This document shows, in pieces, positions 63,871 to 64,000 of a stretch of 64,000 bases of DNA (the stretch's first letter is position 1; the number at the start of each line of letters is the position of its first letter). Source of the stretch: Octopus sinensis (taxonomy: Eukaryota). The position numbers were made by a program, and so were the translations under genes. The notes below the pieces were generated by a model. That model had not been told where the DNA came from. It ran no database searches and saw only the letters and a program-made list of their open reading frames with translations. The stretch lies in assembly GCF_006345805.1 (NCBI RefSeq), contig NC_042999.1, positions 135,904,001 to 135,968,000 of the forward strand, read 5' to 3'.

Positions 63871-64000
63871 AAAAAAAACCCAAACTAAATATAATGGCCT
63901 TTGTGTATTTCAAACAGTTACTGTGTAGCCTTGATGACATAATATTTCAGTTTTAACATGCAATGAATTTGAAGCCATTTATCAAACACACAACTTTCAA

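Noticed and set aside
2753-63888. Most ORFs in the track (YIYI, THTH, CVCV, SLSL runs and SINE-derived frames)
   Set aside because: They are translations of microsatellites or of SINE/LINE tails on arbitrary strands, with no recognisable domains.

Overview
AT-rich, microsatellite-dense animal genomic DNA. The SINE, MITE and RTE repeat families look like those of octopus (recognised from memory, not searched). No host protein-coding gene could be confidently recognised; nearly all listed ORFs are microsatellite or repeat artefacts. The window is mostly mobile DNA: a decayed Penelope-like retroelement (RT + GIY-YIG, Naiad-like, 23460-25833, minus strand) with pseudo-LTR repeats, five Tc1/mariner relics, RTE-clade LINE fragments, at least three SINE families, several MITEs, minisatellites and a recent ~1.4 kb tandem duplication. 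The main unexplained signal is a set of sequence-unrelated type I hammerhead ribozyme candidates, predicted by hand. Each has CUGANGA, GAAA, a short stem III, an NUH cleavage site and a pairing stem I. They sit at 16718-16800 and 16871-16953, 20330-20394, 27886-27950, and 40658-40745 (duplicated at 42095-42182). They lie in short non-coding units that mostly end at TA-rich or (TA)n sites, and three of these units are head-to-head inverted pairs (foldbacks). This suggests non-autonomous, Penelope-mobilised, retrozyme-like elements.
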